Below are positions 8,277 to 17,454 of a stretch of 64,000 nucleotides of DNA, one piece after another (position 1 is the stretch's first letter; the number at the start of each line of letters is the position of its first letter). This DNA is from Coriobacteriia bacterium (GTDB lineage: Bacteria; Actinomycetota; Coriobacteriia; Anaerosomatales; JBAZZO01). The position numbers were made by a program, and so were the translations under genes. The stretch is from contig JBAZZO010000013.1 of the NCBI GenBank assembly GCA_041658765.1, positions 4,742 through 68,741 on the forward strand. The letters run 5' to 3'. Under the pieces are notes generated by a model that saw only the letters and a program-made list of their open reading frames with translations, ran no database searches and was not told the DNA's origin.

Positions 8277-9560
8277 TCAGTCCACGAGCAGTTCGCGCGT
8301 GGGCGAGAGCGCCCGCACGTGCGCGACGTCGTCCGGATGCAGCGCCCGCAGCCTCCACAGTCCTCTCGACGGGAGCGCGAAGGTGACGACCCATCGCGTC
8401 GAGCCCGCCCCGAGGGTGAGCGTCCGGGCGGGCAGCGACCGATCGAAGCGCCAAGCGCCGCTCACGCGACGGTAGCACAGCAGTCGCACCGCGACGATGC
8501 CGTCCGCGTGGCGCGGCGAGATCGTCCCGTACGCGGTGAAGAGGCGCCCGCGCACCACGCGACCGGGCGCGGTGGGATACCCGAGCGTCACCGGCCCCGC
8601 GCCGCCGTCCGCCGTACGCAGCACCACACCCGCGGAGCCGACCGCCCACGCGCGCGAAGAGCCGGCGACGGCAAGCCCGGCGAGCGCCGCGGTCGAAGGC
8701 ACGGGCTGCGCGATCCATCGCGAGCCGCCCGTGACGGTCTTGAGCACGACGCCCGCGGCGCCGACCGCCCACGCCACGGTCGCGTCGACCGCGCGCACGG
8801 CGCACAGGTCTCGCGCCACGCCGCTCGTCTGGCGCGTCCAGGTGGAGCCGCCGTCGAGCGTGCGCAGGAGCGTCCCGCGGTCGCCGACCGCCCAACCGCG
8901 GCCGTCCGCGGCGAGAGAGACAGCCGCGAGGTCCACGGTCGTCGGTGCCGAAGCCGTCGCCCACGTGCTCCCGAGGTCATCGCTGACGCAGGCGCACCCG
9001 CCGTCCCCGACCGCGACCAGCCTTCCGCCCGCGCGAGCGACTCCCCGCATCGCGCGCCCCTGCCCGTCCACGCGACTCACGGTCCATGTGAGGCCAGCAT
9101 CGGTCGTCGCGATGCACAGCCCGTTCGAGGTCAGCGCGCAGCACGCCGACGGCGCCAGCGATCGCACCGCGGTCAGCGTCGCGGAAGCCGGCACTGCGAC
9201 CGCCGTCCACGTCACGCCGCCGCTTGTCGTGCGCAACAGCGTCGAGTCCGCGCCTGTCGCCCAGCCCTCGAGCGTGCCGGCGAGCATGTCGACCGCGGCG
9301 AGGTCATGGGTCGTGCCGGACGGACGCGCTCGCCACGTCACGCCGCCGTCGGTCGTGCGCAGCACGACGCCGCGCGCTCCGACCGCGACGCCGAGCCGAC
9401 CGGAAGGGAACGACACCGCCGCGAGCCCGGCGCTCGTCGGCGCCGCGACGCGCGACCATCCGACGGCGGCCGAGGCGCTGGCGGGAGTCGCGAGCACGAG
9501 CACGACAGCCAGCCCGAGAGCGACTCGTCTCACATGAGCGGGAGATCGTAGATGCGCCAT
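8277..9560 (-). CDS. Secreted BNR/Ycf48-like beta-propeller protein with shared C-terminal module
   Basis: Signal peptide RRVALGLAVVLVLATPASASA. Repeated BNR-type motifs TDGGVTW, TSGGVTW, TDAGLTW, DDLGSTW, LDGGSTW, VTGGSRW. An alternative GTG start at 9533 overlaps the upstream stop (GTGA). Confidence 0.75.
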   Translation of the reverse strand: MAHLRSPAHVRRVALGLAVVLVLATPASASAAVGWSRVAAPTSAGLAAVSFPSGRLGVAVGARGVVLRTTDGGVTWRARPSGTTHDLAAVDMLAGTLEGWATGADSTLLRTTSGGVTWTAVAVPASATLTAVRSLAPSACCALTSNGLCIATTDAGLTWTVSRVDGQGRAMRGVARAGGRLVAVGDGGCACVSDDLGSTWATASAPTTVDLAAVSLAADGRGWAVGDRGTLLRTLDGGSTWTRQTSGVARDLCAVRAVDATVAWAVGAAGVVLKTVTGGSRWIAQPVPSTAALAGLAVAGSSRAWAVGSAGVVLRTADGGAGPVTLGYPTAPGRVVRGRLFTAYGTISPRHADGIVAVRLLCYRRVSGAWRFDRSLPARTLTLGAGSTRWVVTFALPSRGLWRLRALHPDDVAHVRALSPTRELLVD

Positions 9561-10693
9561 GTCTTGTACCGGTTCGCTCCCATGAACTTCGAAGCGCGGA
9601 GGATCAGGTCGTTGTCCTCGAGCAGCATCGAGATGTCGCACTCACGGTAGTGCTTCGTCCGACCGTACGCGAGCATCTCGTCGAAGAGCAGCGCGTCTAT
9701 GCCCATCCGCCGGAAACCGGGCCGGATGCCGAAGAACATCAAGCGCACGCGCGGGATGCGCCTCCGGAGAGCGAACAGCCTCGCGAGACGGACCGCGTCC
9801 GAGTCGCCGTACCAGCGCCAGCGGGGACGCAGCGCCCAGTTCGGATCGGGAAGCGTGCCGATCATCGCCGCCGGCTCGCCGTGAACGTACGCGAATCGCA
9901 CGAGCCCGGGATCGAGGATCGGCTTGAGGGAGTCGGCGAGCAGATCGGCCTCTTCATCGGTGATCGGGAGGAAGCCCCAGTTCGCGGCCCACGCGTCGTT
10001 GTAGATGCTCACGATGAGGCGCACCTCCTCGCGAAGCCGCGAGAGGTCGGCGCACCGGATCGTGATGCCGCCGCGCTCGCGCACCGCCGCCGCGACGCGC
10101 GTCAGCCGCTCGGAGCCCGTCTCGGCGACGGCGACGCGATACGCGTGGTAGTCCTTCGCCTTCACGAAACCGTACGCCTCGATGAGGTGCCGGTAGTACG
10201 GCGGGTTGTGCGTCAGCTCGACGGTCGGCGGCGTGTCGAACCCGTCGATCAACACGCCCTGGCGCTCGTGCGTCGCGTTCGAGTACTCGCCCGGCCCGCG
10301 CAGGACCTCCATCCCGCGAGCGGCCGTCCAGTCCCGCGCCGCGTCGAGCAGCGCATTCGCGACCTCCTGATCGTCCACGCACTCGAAGAAGCCGAAGAAA
10401 CCGTACCTCCCCCGGTAGTGCTCGTTGAAGCGGTGGTTGATCGCAGCCGAGACGCGGCCGAGCGCCTTGCCGTCGCGTCGGGCGATGAAGTGGGTCACGT
10501 CCGCGGAACGATGGTATGGGTGCGCGGGAGTGAGCAGACCGGGTACGCCGAGGAGCCGGCTGCCGAGAAGATCGGCATTCAGCGGAGGCGTCCAGCACGG
10601 GTCGCCGCGGTTCAACCTCCACGGCAGCCGCGCGAACTCGCGCAACTTCCGGTCGCCGAGCGGGACCTCCTCCACGCGCACGGGACCGGGCAT
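9530..10693 (-). CDS. GNAT-family N-acetyltransferase (about 390-aa type)
   Basis: DPCWTPPL...GFFGFFECVDDQEVANALLDAARDW...NPPYYRHLIEAYGF resembles the widespread long GNAT family. Confidence 0.65.
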   Translation of the reverse strand: MPGPVRVEEVPLGDRKLREFARLPWRLNRGDPCWTPPLNADLLGSRLLGVPGLLTPAHPYHRSADVTHFIARRDGKALGRVSAAINHRFNEHYRGRYGFFGFFECVDDQEVANALLDAARDWTAARGMEVLRGPGEYSNATHERQGVLIDGFDTPPTVELTHNPPYYRHLIEAYGFVKAKDYHAYRVAVAETGSERLTRVAAAVRERGGITIRCADLSRLREEVRLIVSIYNDAWAANWGFLPITDEEADLLADSLKPILDPGLVRFAYVHGEPAAMIGTLPDPNWALRPRWRWYGDSDAVRLARLFALRRRIPRVRLMFFGIRPGFRRMGIDALLFDEMLAYGRTKHYRECDISMLLEDNDLILRASKFMGANRYKTWRIYDLPLM

Positions 10694-10810
10694 GCCGGGA
10701 CCCCTTCCGGTTCGCGCCTCCTCTTGCGCCGATCATCCCACAAGCCGCGAGTGACCGGCGCTGCCCATGGGAAGGAACATCCAAGTAGCCGTCTGCCGAA
10801 GGAGGGCGTC

Positions 10811-11005
10811 ATGCGACTCGTCGTCGATCTCGACCTGTGCATCGGCTGCGGTGTGTGCGAGCAGGAGTGTCCCGAACTCTTCGAGGTCGGTGACGACGGG
10901 CTCGCGCACGCGATCGTGGACGACCCCGGTCCGGAACTCTTCGATTGCGCGGGCGCTGCCGAGGAGCTCTGCCCCGTCGACGCGATCAGCATCCTCGGGG
11001 AGTGA
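10811..11005 (+). CDS. Small ferredoxin (single-cluster type)
   Basis: MRLVVDLDLCIGCGVCEQECPELFEV...ELCPVDAI gives a CxxCxxC...CP cluster motif. GGAGGG lies 5 nt upstream of ATG 10811. Only the 3' end of the 593-aa track ORF is used. Confidence 0.8.
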   Translation: MRLVVDLDLCIGCGVCEQECPELFEVGDDGLAHAIVDDPGPELFDCAGAAEELCPVDAISILGE

Positions 11006-11011
11006 GCGCCC

Positions 11012-12055
11012 TCAGCGCACCGTGAAGTACCTCACCACGCTAGTCGCCGCATGGTCGGTGTCCGAGTGCACGGCGAGGACCTTCCAGCGACCTGCGCCCG
11101 CGATCGTGAACCAGATACCGTACCGCGACCCGCCGGCGACGTCCTGCGCCGCCGAGGTCGTGTAAAGGCGCTGGCGCCAGCGGCCGCTCTCGAGCCGGTA
11201 GAGCGTCACGCGCACGACGTTCGAACCCGCGCGGTGACGTGGCCGCAGCGTCCCCCACGCCGTGTAGCGGCGTCCGCGCGCCACGATGCTCGGAACGGCG
11301 GGTGCCGTGAGCGCCGCGCGTGAAGTCACGACACGGATCGGGCTCACGGCGAGCGCGTACGTGTCGTCCCCGGCGAACCCCAGGTAGAAGTACGTCCGGC
11401 GATAGCCGCGCAGCGCCGTCGCATAGCTCCCCGTCGTCGACGTGAGTGTCGCGACCGCGCTCCAGGTCACGTTGTCCGGTGAGGTGTAGAGCGTCACCGC
11501 CCGGCCCGCGATCGGCGCTCCCGCGCCGTCCAGCATCCGGCCGGTGATCGCCACGGTCCCGCCATAGGCGAGGGTCGTGCCGGGGGCCGAGATCGACAAC
11601 GTCGCCGTGTCTCCGTACAGGATCCGGTACGAGCCGGTGCTCTGCCCGGCCTGTGGGATGCTCGCCGCATATATGTCGAGGTAGTAGGTCCCGCCCCCAC
11701 CTTGCGGGACCGTGTAGACGAACCCGTCGACCTCGCCGGCGGCCTCGCGCGAAGATGCGACGGCCTGCGACGCGGTATCGACGCCTGTCACTCCCGGCGG
11801 GAAGAGGTACATGTCGAAGTCGGTGCCGGCGACGTTCGTGTCGGACGGGAGGAGCCAGAAGCGGATCGACTGCCCGGCGGCGAGCGTCACCTGGAAGACC
11901 TGGTCGGCGTCGTCGCCGCTGATGAAGCTGCCCGTGAACCCGGAAGCAGGCAGCGCGGCTCCGGGGAACGCCTCGGCACCTGCCACAGCGGGCAGCAGCG
12001 CGACGAGCAGGAGTGCGGCGGTCAGAACACTGAAGAGACGGCGGAATTGGCGCAT
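11012..12055 (-). CDS. Secreted protein: PPC (pre-peptidase C-terminal)-like domain + shared C-terminal tandem beta-sandwich module
   Basis: Signal peptide MRQFRRLFSVLTAALLLVALLPAVAGAEA. PPC-like DDADQVFQVTLAAGQSIRF...TDFDMYLF. The C-terminus is shared with four other proteins (see findings). Confidence 0.65.
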   Translation of the reverse strand: MRQFRRLFSVLTAALLLVALLPAVAGAEAFPGAALPASGFTGSFISGDDADQVFQVTLAAGQSIRFWLLPSDTNVAGTDFDMYLFPPGVTGVDTASQAVASSREAAGEVDGFVYTVPQGGGGTYYLDIYAASIPQAGQSTGSYRILYGDTATLSISAPGTTLAYGGTVAITGRMLDGAGAPIAGRAVTLYTSPDNVTWSAVATLTSTTGSYATALRGYRRTYFYLGFAGDDTYALAVSPIRVVTSRAALTAPAVPSIVARGRRYTAWGTLRPRHRAGSNVVRVTLYRLESGRWRQRLYTTSAAQDVAGGSRYGIWFTIAGAGRWKVLAVHSDTDHAATSVVRYFTVR

Positions 12056-12206
12056 GGACGCCTCCCGAACGCAGCCGCAGGACCTCCCGGCCCGCGGACG
12101 GTCTCGGCGGCCGGACTTCTCCGCCGGAGGAGCCGTGCTCCTCGCCATGAGGATACCCCTCACGGGCATCTCCCGAAACGTCCGCGGCACGCCGGCAGAG
12201 GCTACT

Positions 12207-12872
12207 TCACTTGATCAGATGTGGGCTGGGCCTGTGCACCAGGTCCGCGACGAGCACGTAGCGGCGCGGTGCGTTGCCGATGTAGTAGAACGGGTAGCAG
12301 GTGCTCACCGTCAGGACGGCGTGGTCGGTCGGCACGATGACCGTCCTGTCGTCCTTGTCGACGATCCGGATGCGCCGGATCTCGTAGTCGAATCTCCCGG
12401 CGGACGTCTGCGTGACGAACCGATCGCCTATCTCCAGATTGCCAAGTCTCCTGAAGACCGTGTCGCGATGTCCGGAGAGGACGCAGTTGTCCGTCTGCCC
12501 GGGCAGCACGCTCTTGGTGTAGTGCCCCACGCCCCTCTTCAGATCGTCCTCGTCGGTCCCCTGGATGATCGGCAGGCTCTGCCCGAGGGCCGGGATCGAC
12601 AGGACCCCGATGGTGTCGCCCTGCGCGGGGTACTTCGGGTACAGGGCCCGGTCGGGATCGGGCGTCTCGGACGACCCGCTCGGCTCCGTCGAGACGGTCG
12701 TGCTGGAAGAGGGATGCCGGTAGACATCGGCGGACCGCACAGACTGCGCCCTGATGTTGATCAGCGCCAGGAAGATGAGGCCTATCCCGAGGACCAGCAG
12801 CCCCAAGGACAGTCTGGAGACGAGGGAGGACTTGTCCCGCGACGATCTCGGCCTATACCTCGGCCTATACAT
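12207..12872 (-). CDS. Sortase (class D-like)
   Basis: N-terminal TM, catalytic His (VLSGHRDT), Cys (LTVSTCYPF) and Arg (APRRYVLVADL). 8-nt overlap with the upstream LPNTA-bearing gene. Confidence 0.85.
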   Translation of the reverse strand: MYRPRYRPRSSRDKSSLVSRLSLGLLVLGIGLIFLALINIRAQSVRSADVYRHPSSSTTVSTEPSGSSETPDPDRALYPKYPAQGDTIGVLSIPALGQSLPIIQGTDEDDLKRGVGHYTKSVLPGQTDNCVLSGHRDTVFRRLGNLEIGDRFVTQTSAGRFDYEIRRIRIVDKDDRTVIVPTDHAVLTVSTCYPFYYIGNAPRRYVLVADLVHRPSPHLIK

Positions 12873-13851
12873 GTGCCTTTCTGGTTCCCCAGAGGCCGGC
12901 AGCCCCGATGAGCGTCAGGACAGCGCCTGCGAGGAGGACGTTGTACCAAGGTGTGGCGGTGTTCGGGAGCACTCCCCCGCTGTCTGTCGACGGGACGACG
13001 TCCTCGCCCGGACCAGGTGTCGGCCCGGGCGTGGGTGTGGGCGTGGGTGTGGGCGTCGGTGTGGGCGTCGGAGTTGCAGCCGCGCAGACTCCGTTCGTGA
13101 TGGTGTTGGTGTCCAGCGTGACCGAACCGTTCCGGGCCAGAAGCTGTCCCTGCACCGTCGCACCGGTCTGGGCCGCGATGGACGTGAGCGCGAAGATGTG
13201 TCCCACGAACTGGGAGTTGGTCCCCAGGGTCGCGGAGCTTCCGACCTTCCAGAAGACCCGGCAGTACCGGGCGCTGTTGGTGAGACTGACGACACTGCCC
13301 GCGAATGTGACGAGCGTGGTGTCCGTCTGGAACACGAAGACACCATCGGGATCGCCCTGGGCGTCGAGCGTTAGAGTCTGGCCCGCCGCTATCTCGAACG
13401 TGCCGCTGTTCGAATGGTAGACGCCGGGGATCAGGGTCTGGCCACCAAGCTCGGTGTCGATGATGGTGGGCGTTCTTCCCGCGGCGTCGTCATATGCGGT
13501 GATCAGATCGTTCTTGGCATCGAGCGCGACGGCATCGGCCAGGTGCGTGGTCCCATTCGCCAGTGTCACGCTCGCCTGCCCGGTGAATGCGGGGTTCGGA
13601 TGCGACCCGACGTCTCCGCCGGCATCTCCGCCTATCCAGGTCGTTCCGGTATTGGTGATCCCCTGGCCGGACAGGATCGCGAAATTGGAGGTCGATCCAA
13701 GGAGCACCGGAGCTGCAAAGCTCACCGCAGGTAGTGCGATCATGACTGCCAGAAAGAACGCCAATAGCAGCGATACGTGCCGCAACCTGCTCGGTGTCGC
13801 CATCGATCGGCTCACTCCCCCCGCATTCGTCTTTCGTGGACGCGCCTTCAT
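12865..13851 (-). CDS. DUF3494 (ice-binding-like) surface protein with (TP)n linker and LPNTA cell-wall sorting signal
   Basis: LGSTSNFAILSGQGITNTGTTWIGGD...VFWKVGSSATLGTNSQFVGHIFA is the DUF3494 signature. The C-terminus is TPTPTPTPTPTPTPTPGPTPGPG...VLPNTATPWYNVLLAGAVLTLIGAAGLWGTRKAHV. Confidence 0.8.
   Translation of the reverse strand: MKARPRKTNAGGVSRSMATPSRLRHVSLLLAFFLAVMIALPAVSFAAPVLLGSTSNFAILSGQGITNTGTTWIGGDAGGDVGSHPNPAFTGQASVTLANGTTHLADAVALDAKNDLITAYDDAAGRTPTIIDTELGGQTLIPGVYHSNSGTFEIAAGQTLTLDAQGDPDGVFVFQTDTTLVTFAGSVVSLTNSARYCRVFWKVGSSATLGTNSQFVGHIFALTSIAAQTGATVQGQLLARNGSVTLDTNTITNGVCAAATPTPTPTPTPTPTPTPGPTPGPGEDVVPSTDSGGVLPNTATPWYNVLLAGAVLTLIGAAGLWGTRKAHV
13011..13074 (-). repeat. Imperfect hexanucleotide tandem repeat encoding the Thr-Pro linker
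   Basis: ggtgtcggcccgggcgtgggtgtgggcgtgggtgtgggcgtcggtgtgggcgtcgg on the plus strand corresponds to (TP)n/GP on the minus strand. Confidence 0.8.
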
Positions 13852-13899
13852 CCGTAGTATGTACCCTTCCTCGCCTTACAATGCAATACCAGGTCAGCC

Positions 13900-14325
13900 C
13901 TAAGGCTCATGGCAAGCTCGAGACTTTAGCGTGCGCCCACCGGCCCACAGCTCGCAGCGGTACTCCACACAAAGGGGGGCGCGATACTCCCGCGGCAGCA
14001 GACAGCCCGTGTCCGGGTGGCAGAACTGGCACTTCCTCGTGTCGATCCAACCCGGAAGGCTCGCCCTGTAGGCGGCGCCGTCCTCGGTGGGAAGGTGACT
14101 GAGGCGCGGGTCGTGCAGAGGCGGGACGCCAGCGACGCCGGGACCGTATCCGCCCTCACTCAGCGCCAGTGCGCCGCTCGCGACGAAGCGATCCAGCCAC
14201 TGGTCGATGTACTCGGGCAGCCAACCCTCGCCGATGTATGCCCCGTTCTCGTCGTGTGCCAGGTACAGACAGCAGCACAAGCCGCCGCAGGCGTGGCAGA
14301 ACTCGAAATCCGCGTCCTTGGGCAA
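13900..14325 (-). CDS. YkgJ-family cysteine-cluster (zinc/iron-chelating) protein
   Basis: FCHACGGLCCCLYL is a CxxCGxCC signature, with a second Cys cluster CQFCHPDTGC...CVEYRC. TTG start at 14325 preceded by GGGAGG. The rest of the 557-aa track ORF crosses a tRNA and is rejected. Confidence 0.6.
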   Translation of the reverse strand: MPKDADFEFCHACGGLCCCLYLAHDENGAYIGEGWLPEYIDQWLDRFVASGALALSEGGYGPGVAGVPPLHDPRLSHLPTEDGAAYRASLPGWIDTRKCQFCHPDTGCLLPREYRAPLCVEYRCELWAGGRTLKSRACHEP

Positions 14326-14360
14326 ACGAGCCTCCCGCTCCGGAGCGGACTGGTTGTTCC

Positions 14361-14435
14361 TGGTGGGCGATGAGGGATTCGAACCCCCGACTTCTTCCGT
14401 GTAAAGGAAGCACTCTCCCGCTGAGTTAATCGCCC
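14361..14435 (-). tRNA. tRNA-Val (anticodon TAC), CCA encoded
   Basis: The reverse complement reads GGGCGATTAACTCAGCGGGAGAGTGCTTCCTTTACACGGAAGAAGTCGGGGGTTCGAATCCCTCATCGCCCACCA. The anticodon loop is TTTACAC. Confidence 0.88.
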
Positions 14436-14510
14436 GCGCGCGGTCCGGGCGCGAGAGCGCCCGGCGATCCCGCCAAGTGTCGCATAGGCGCAGGTCGCGC
14501 GCCATGTGTG

Positions 14511-16484
14511 TCAGTAGCAGTTGAAGAACGTCGGGCGAGAGATCGAGTAGGCGTGGCCCGCTTCGGCGTGGTCGGCGGCGACGTACCATCTGCCGGTGCC
14601 TCTGACCCAACAGCGGGCCGCGAACCGCGTCCATGTGCCCGAGTAGTAGTACGTCGTCGCGGGGACCGTGCCTCGAAGCACCCACCCGTTCCACTCGTAG
14701 TGGAAGAAGCGGAAGTTGACGGTCCTCCGGCCCACTGCATGCCGCGGCGAGATATAGCCGGTGGCGAGGAAGATCTGGCCGCCGTAGACGGCCCCGGGCA
14801 CCGAAGGGGCCGTCAGGTTGTCGCGGATCCCGATGCTGACACTCCGACTGATGACGTCGCGATAGGGGTAGCCGCCGAGGAAGCGGGCCCGGTAGTTCGT
14901 GGGTCTCGTGATCGCCGGCATGGTCCTGACGGCCTGGCCGCCGCCCCCGGTCGTCGTCGTCCCGACCGTCACCCAACCGGTGCCCGGGACATACCTCTCG
15001 AAGCGGATGGGCTTTCCCGGCAGCGGGAAGACGTACGTCCCGATACTCGAGCCGCCGCCCGGGAAGTACCCTCGCAGGATCGCCGTCAGCGTCACTCCGG
15101 TCCCACCTATCACCGAGGTGACCGGGGCGGTGAGCTGGATGCCCGTGTCGTACCACTGCGGCGGCGGAGGGGTCGCCTCCACCGAGAACCTGACGGTGTG
15201 CTCGCTCTCGACGTTGCGGGCGAAGTCGGCCGCCCAGTACCGGAGAACATGGTTGCCGATCCCCGTGGCCACCTCGACGGAGGCCGACGTCGTCGTCTGT
15301 TCGGTGAAGGTGTCGAGTCTCCAGTTCAGCTGCGCGACGCCGCTCCCTTCGGCACCATCGGCCGAGGTCAGGCGTATCGTCGCGCTTCCGACCCTCGTGG
15401 TCACCTCGGAGCGCGACACGGGCGGGGTGTTGTCCGGCCGCGAGTTGATCTTCCGGAAGCGCTGGATCCGATTGCCGCCGTCGACGATGAAGACGTAGTC
15501 GCCGACCACATCGACGTCGGTCGGCCACCACACCTGTCCCAGAAGACCGTCGGTCCCGTTGACGCCCAAACACTCCACAGGGCCCGTGTTGCCCGATCTG
15601 AGCGTCCCGGCCGCATACCTCACCACGCCGGACGTCTCAGTGGAGGCGCCCGGTTCGGCCACGAAGAGGTTCCCGTCCGCGTCGAGCGCCATACCGCGCC
15701 GCCTGGGTGTCGAGCGGCCGAAGCTGAAGTAGTGCCGCAAGGGAGGTGTGAAGTAGGGGATCCGCCCGCTCTCGGACACGTAGATCGTGCCGTTCGTGGC
15801 GACGACGGCGCAGTTCGGGACGTTGAACCCCGTCCAGCCGAAATAGCTGCGAAGGACGACCGTGGGCGACGGGGGGTAGTCCACCCCCGTGTAGGAGTCG
15901 AGGAGCACGCCCTCGGGACTGTACTTCCGCAACCCGTCCGCGTCTTGGACGGTGTAGATGCTGCCGTCCGGGCCCACGGCGAGTCCCGGCCACTCCATCG
16001 AGAAGTTCGTGGCCGATCTCGGCGTGCTCCACGAACGCACGATCTCGCCGGTCGTGGTGTACGCCACGACCTTGTAGTTGTCGGAATCGGACAGCGCGAC
16101 GTAGAGCAGACCGTTCGGATGCCAGACGATGTCGCGTGGCCCCATGTAGTAGTAGCCGATAGGGCCGCCCGATGTCGGGAAGGAGCGGACGAACGTGCCG
16201 TCGGAATCGAAGACTTGGATACGCGCGTTGTTCGTGTCGGAGACGTAGAGACGGCCCGACGAGTCGTGGGTGATGTAAGATGCGCCGTTGAACTGCCCGG
16301 GAGCCGACCCCGTCCCGCCCCAGACAAGCTCCGGGACGTAGGCCGCCGATGCCACGGAGGGCGCGAACGCGGCGACCATCGCGAGCAAGAAGACGGCGAC
16401 CCGCAGCGAGGCGCGAACGAACCCCCGGGGGAGCCGGTGGAGGACGGTCTCTGTCGAGGCGGAGCCGGACGACATGTCGCCCAC
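14511..16484 (-). CDS. Secreted NHL-repeat beta-propeller protein with OmpL47-type repeat and shared C-terminal module
   Basis: NHL-type blades (GQFNGASYITHDSSGRLYVSDTNNARIQVFDSDG; GPDGSIYTVQD; DADGNLFVAEP; DYVFIVDGGNRIQRF), then DNTPPVS...LTSADGAEGSGVAQLNW, then the C-terminal module. Confidence 0.8.
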   Translation of the reverse strand: MGDMSSGSASTETVLHRLPRGFVRASLRVAVFLLAMVAAFAPSVASAAYVPELVWGGTGSAPGQFNGASYITHDSSGRLYVSDTNNARIQVFDSDGTFVRSFPTSGGPIGYYYMGPRDIVWHPNGLLYVALSDSDNYKVVAYTTTGEIVRSWSTPRSATNFSMEWPGLAVGPDGSIYTVQDADGLRKYSPEGVLLDSYTGVDYPPSPTVVLRSYFGWTGFNVPNCAVVATNGTIYVSESGRIPYFTPPLRHYFSFGRSTPRRRGMALDADGNLFVAEPGASTETSGVVRYAAGTLRSGNTGPVECLGVNGTDGLLGQVWWPTDVDVVGDYVFIVDGGNRIQRFRKINSRPDNTPPVSRSEVTTRVGSATIRLTSADGAEGSGVAQLNWRLDTFTEQTTTSASVEVATGIGNHVLRYWAADFARNVESEHTVRFSVEATPPPPQWYDTGIQLTAPVTSVIGGTGVTLTAILRGYFPGGGSSIGTYVFPLPGKPIRFERYVPGTGWVTVGTTTTGGGGQAVRTMPAITRPTNYRARFLGGYPYRDVISRSVSIGIRDNLTAPSVPGAVYGGQIFLATGYISPRHAVGRRTVNFRFFHYEWNGWVLRGTVPATTYYYSGTWTRFAARCWVRGTGRWYVAADHAEAGHAYSISRPTFFNCY

Positions 16485-16598
16485 CTCCTATCGAGGCTGG
16501 CGTCTCTTGAGCCCTAGCGTACTCCGTCAGCTCCGGAAGGCGAAACGTCGCACTTCAGAGCTGAGCTCGGGCCTCGCCGATCCCCTGATGCCGAGAGG

Positions 16599-16976
16599 TC
16601 AGCCCGCCGTCTCGCGGAACTCGACGCCCTCCATGCCTTTGAAATGCGCGTCCTGCGTCCAAAGGACAGCGTTCTCCGCACGAGCGGTCGCGAGGATGAT
16701 CGCATCGGCCATGGCGAGCCCTGTCGCCAACGACAACCGGGCCGCGTCGAGCGCGAGTGTCGAGGACAGCTCGACGACCCTGCCCTGCAACATCGCGCCG
16801 ACCGCCTCGAGGGCTTTCGCCTCGCCCGCGAGCTGGCACGTCCGCTTGAAGACCTCGAATAGGGCCAGTGAGGGAACGACCGACTCTTCGGGCGATTCGA
16901 TGACTGCGGAGAACTCGCTCGCATTCGGGGCGTCGCCGAAGTACTCGAGCCAAGCGGATGAATCGACGACGTTCAC
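16599..16976 (-). CDS. vapC: VapC PIN-domain toxin
   Basis: MNVVDSSAWLEYF...ADAIILATARAENAVLWTQDAHF matches PIN acidic residues. 4-nt overlap with the antitoxin. Confidence 0.85.
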   Translation of the reverse strand: MNVVDSSAWLEYFGDAPNASEFSAVIESPEESVVPSLALFEVFKRTCQLAGEAKALEAVGAMLQGRVVELSSTLALDAARLSLATGLAMADAIILATARAENAVLWTQDAHFKGMEGVEFRETAG

Positions 16977-17182
16977 ACCCTGTCCTCCCGGTCGCGCTCG
17001 AAACTCGTATCGAGACCTCGGAGCATGCCCCGAAGCTGGCTGACCGGCCTGACCGGCAGGAACTCGATGCGATCGCCGTACGCCAGAGCATGCACCTTCT
17101 GGCCGGGCACGAGCTTCAACTGCTCGCGAATGGACTTCGGGATGACGACCTGGAACTTAGGCGAGATGGTCACGGTCTCCAC
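16973..17182 (-). CDS. vapB: AbrB/SpoVT-type VapB antitoxin
   Basis: VTISPKFQVVIPKSIREQLKL. GTG at 17182 preceded by AAGGAGGTG is preferred over the track ATG at 17206, which lacks an SD. Confidence 0.75.
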   Translation of the reverse strand: METVTISPKFQVVIPKSIREQLKLVPGQKVHALAYGDRIEFLPVRPVSQLRGMLRGLDTSFERDREDRV

Positions 17183-17210
17183 GGCGCACCTCCTTGTGCT
17201 ACGCATAGTC

Positions 17211-17257
17211 TATCGATAAAGCACCTGACTAACAACTAGCTGGTCGATGTTATCGAT
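17211..17257 (-). promoter_or_regulatory. Repeated TATCGAT(A) palindromic boxes upstream of vapBC; candidate operator
   Basis: tatcgata at 17211-17218 and tatcgat at 17251-17257, plus gtcgatg at 17243-17249, in an AT-richer intergenic stretch. Confidence 0.35.
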
Positions 17258-17454
17258 GCTGTTTGTGGAGCGGAGGGACCGGCTTGCTGCCGAGTCATGC
17301 GCGCCTGCAATGACCCGGCCGACGTCCTTTCGAGTGGCGCCCAGAACAGGTCGTAGGTGGTGGCCCTACCGGCCGGCGTCGTCCAACATGCTTGGGCGAC
17401 AAATCCGGGGCGCTTCTCCGGCGCCCGCGGTCATCGACCAGCATCCCCTGCGGC

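Noticed and set aside
7864-8964. 366-aa minus-strand ORF
   Set aside because: The upstream two-thirds lie out of frame over the 3' part of the BNR-propeller gene and are Arg/Gly-rich. Only the last 132 codons were kept, and with low confidence.
9224-11005. 593-aa plus-strand ORF
   Set aside because: Mostly antisense to the GNAT gene. Only the last 64 codons, from ATG 10811 with its own SD, encode the ferredoxin.
13011-13074. Short-period GC-rich tandem repeat that could be taken for a microsatellite or CRISPR-like array
   Set aside because: It is in frame within the DUF3494 gene and encodes a Thr-Pro/Gly-Pro linker. There are no spacers and no repeat-spacer architecture.
13900-15573. 557-aa minus-strand ORF
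   Set aside because: It reads straight through tRNA-Val (14361-14435) and through the NHL gene out of frame. Only the 3' 141 codons (the YkgJ-type CxxCGxCC protein, with TTG start after GGGAGG) are credible.
14508-16517. 669-aa plus-strand ORF
   Set aside because: Exact antisense shadow of the NHL-repeat protein gene, which has a signal peptide and NHL blades. No motifs were found.
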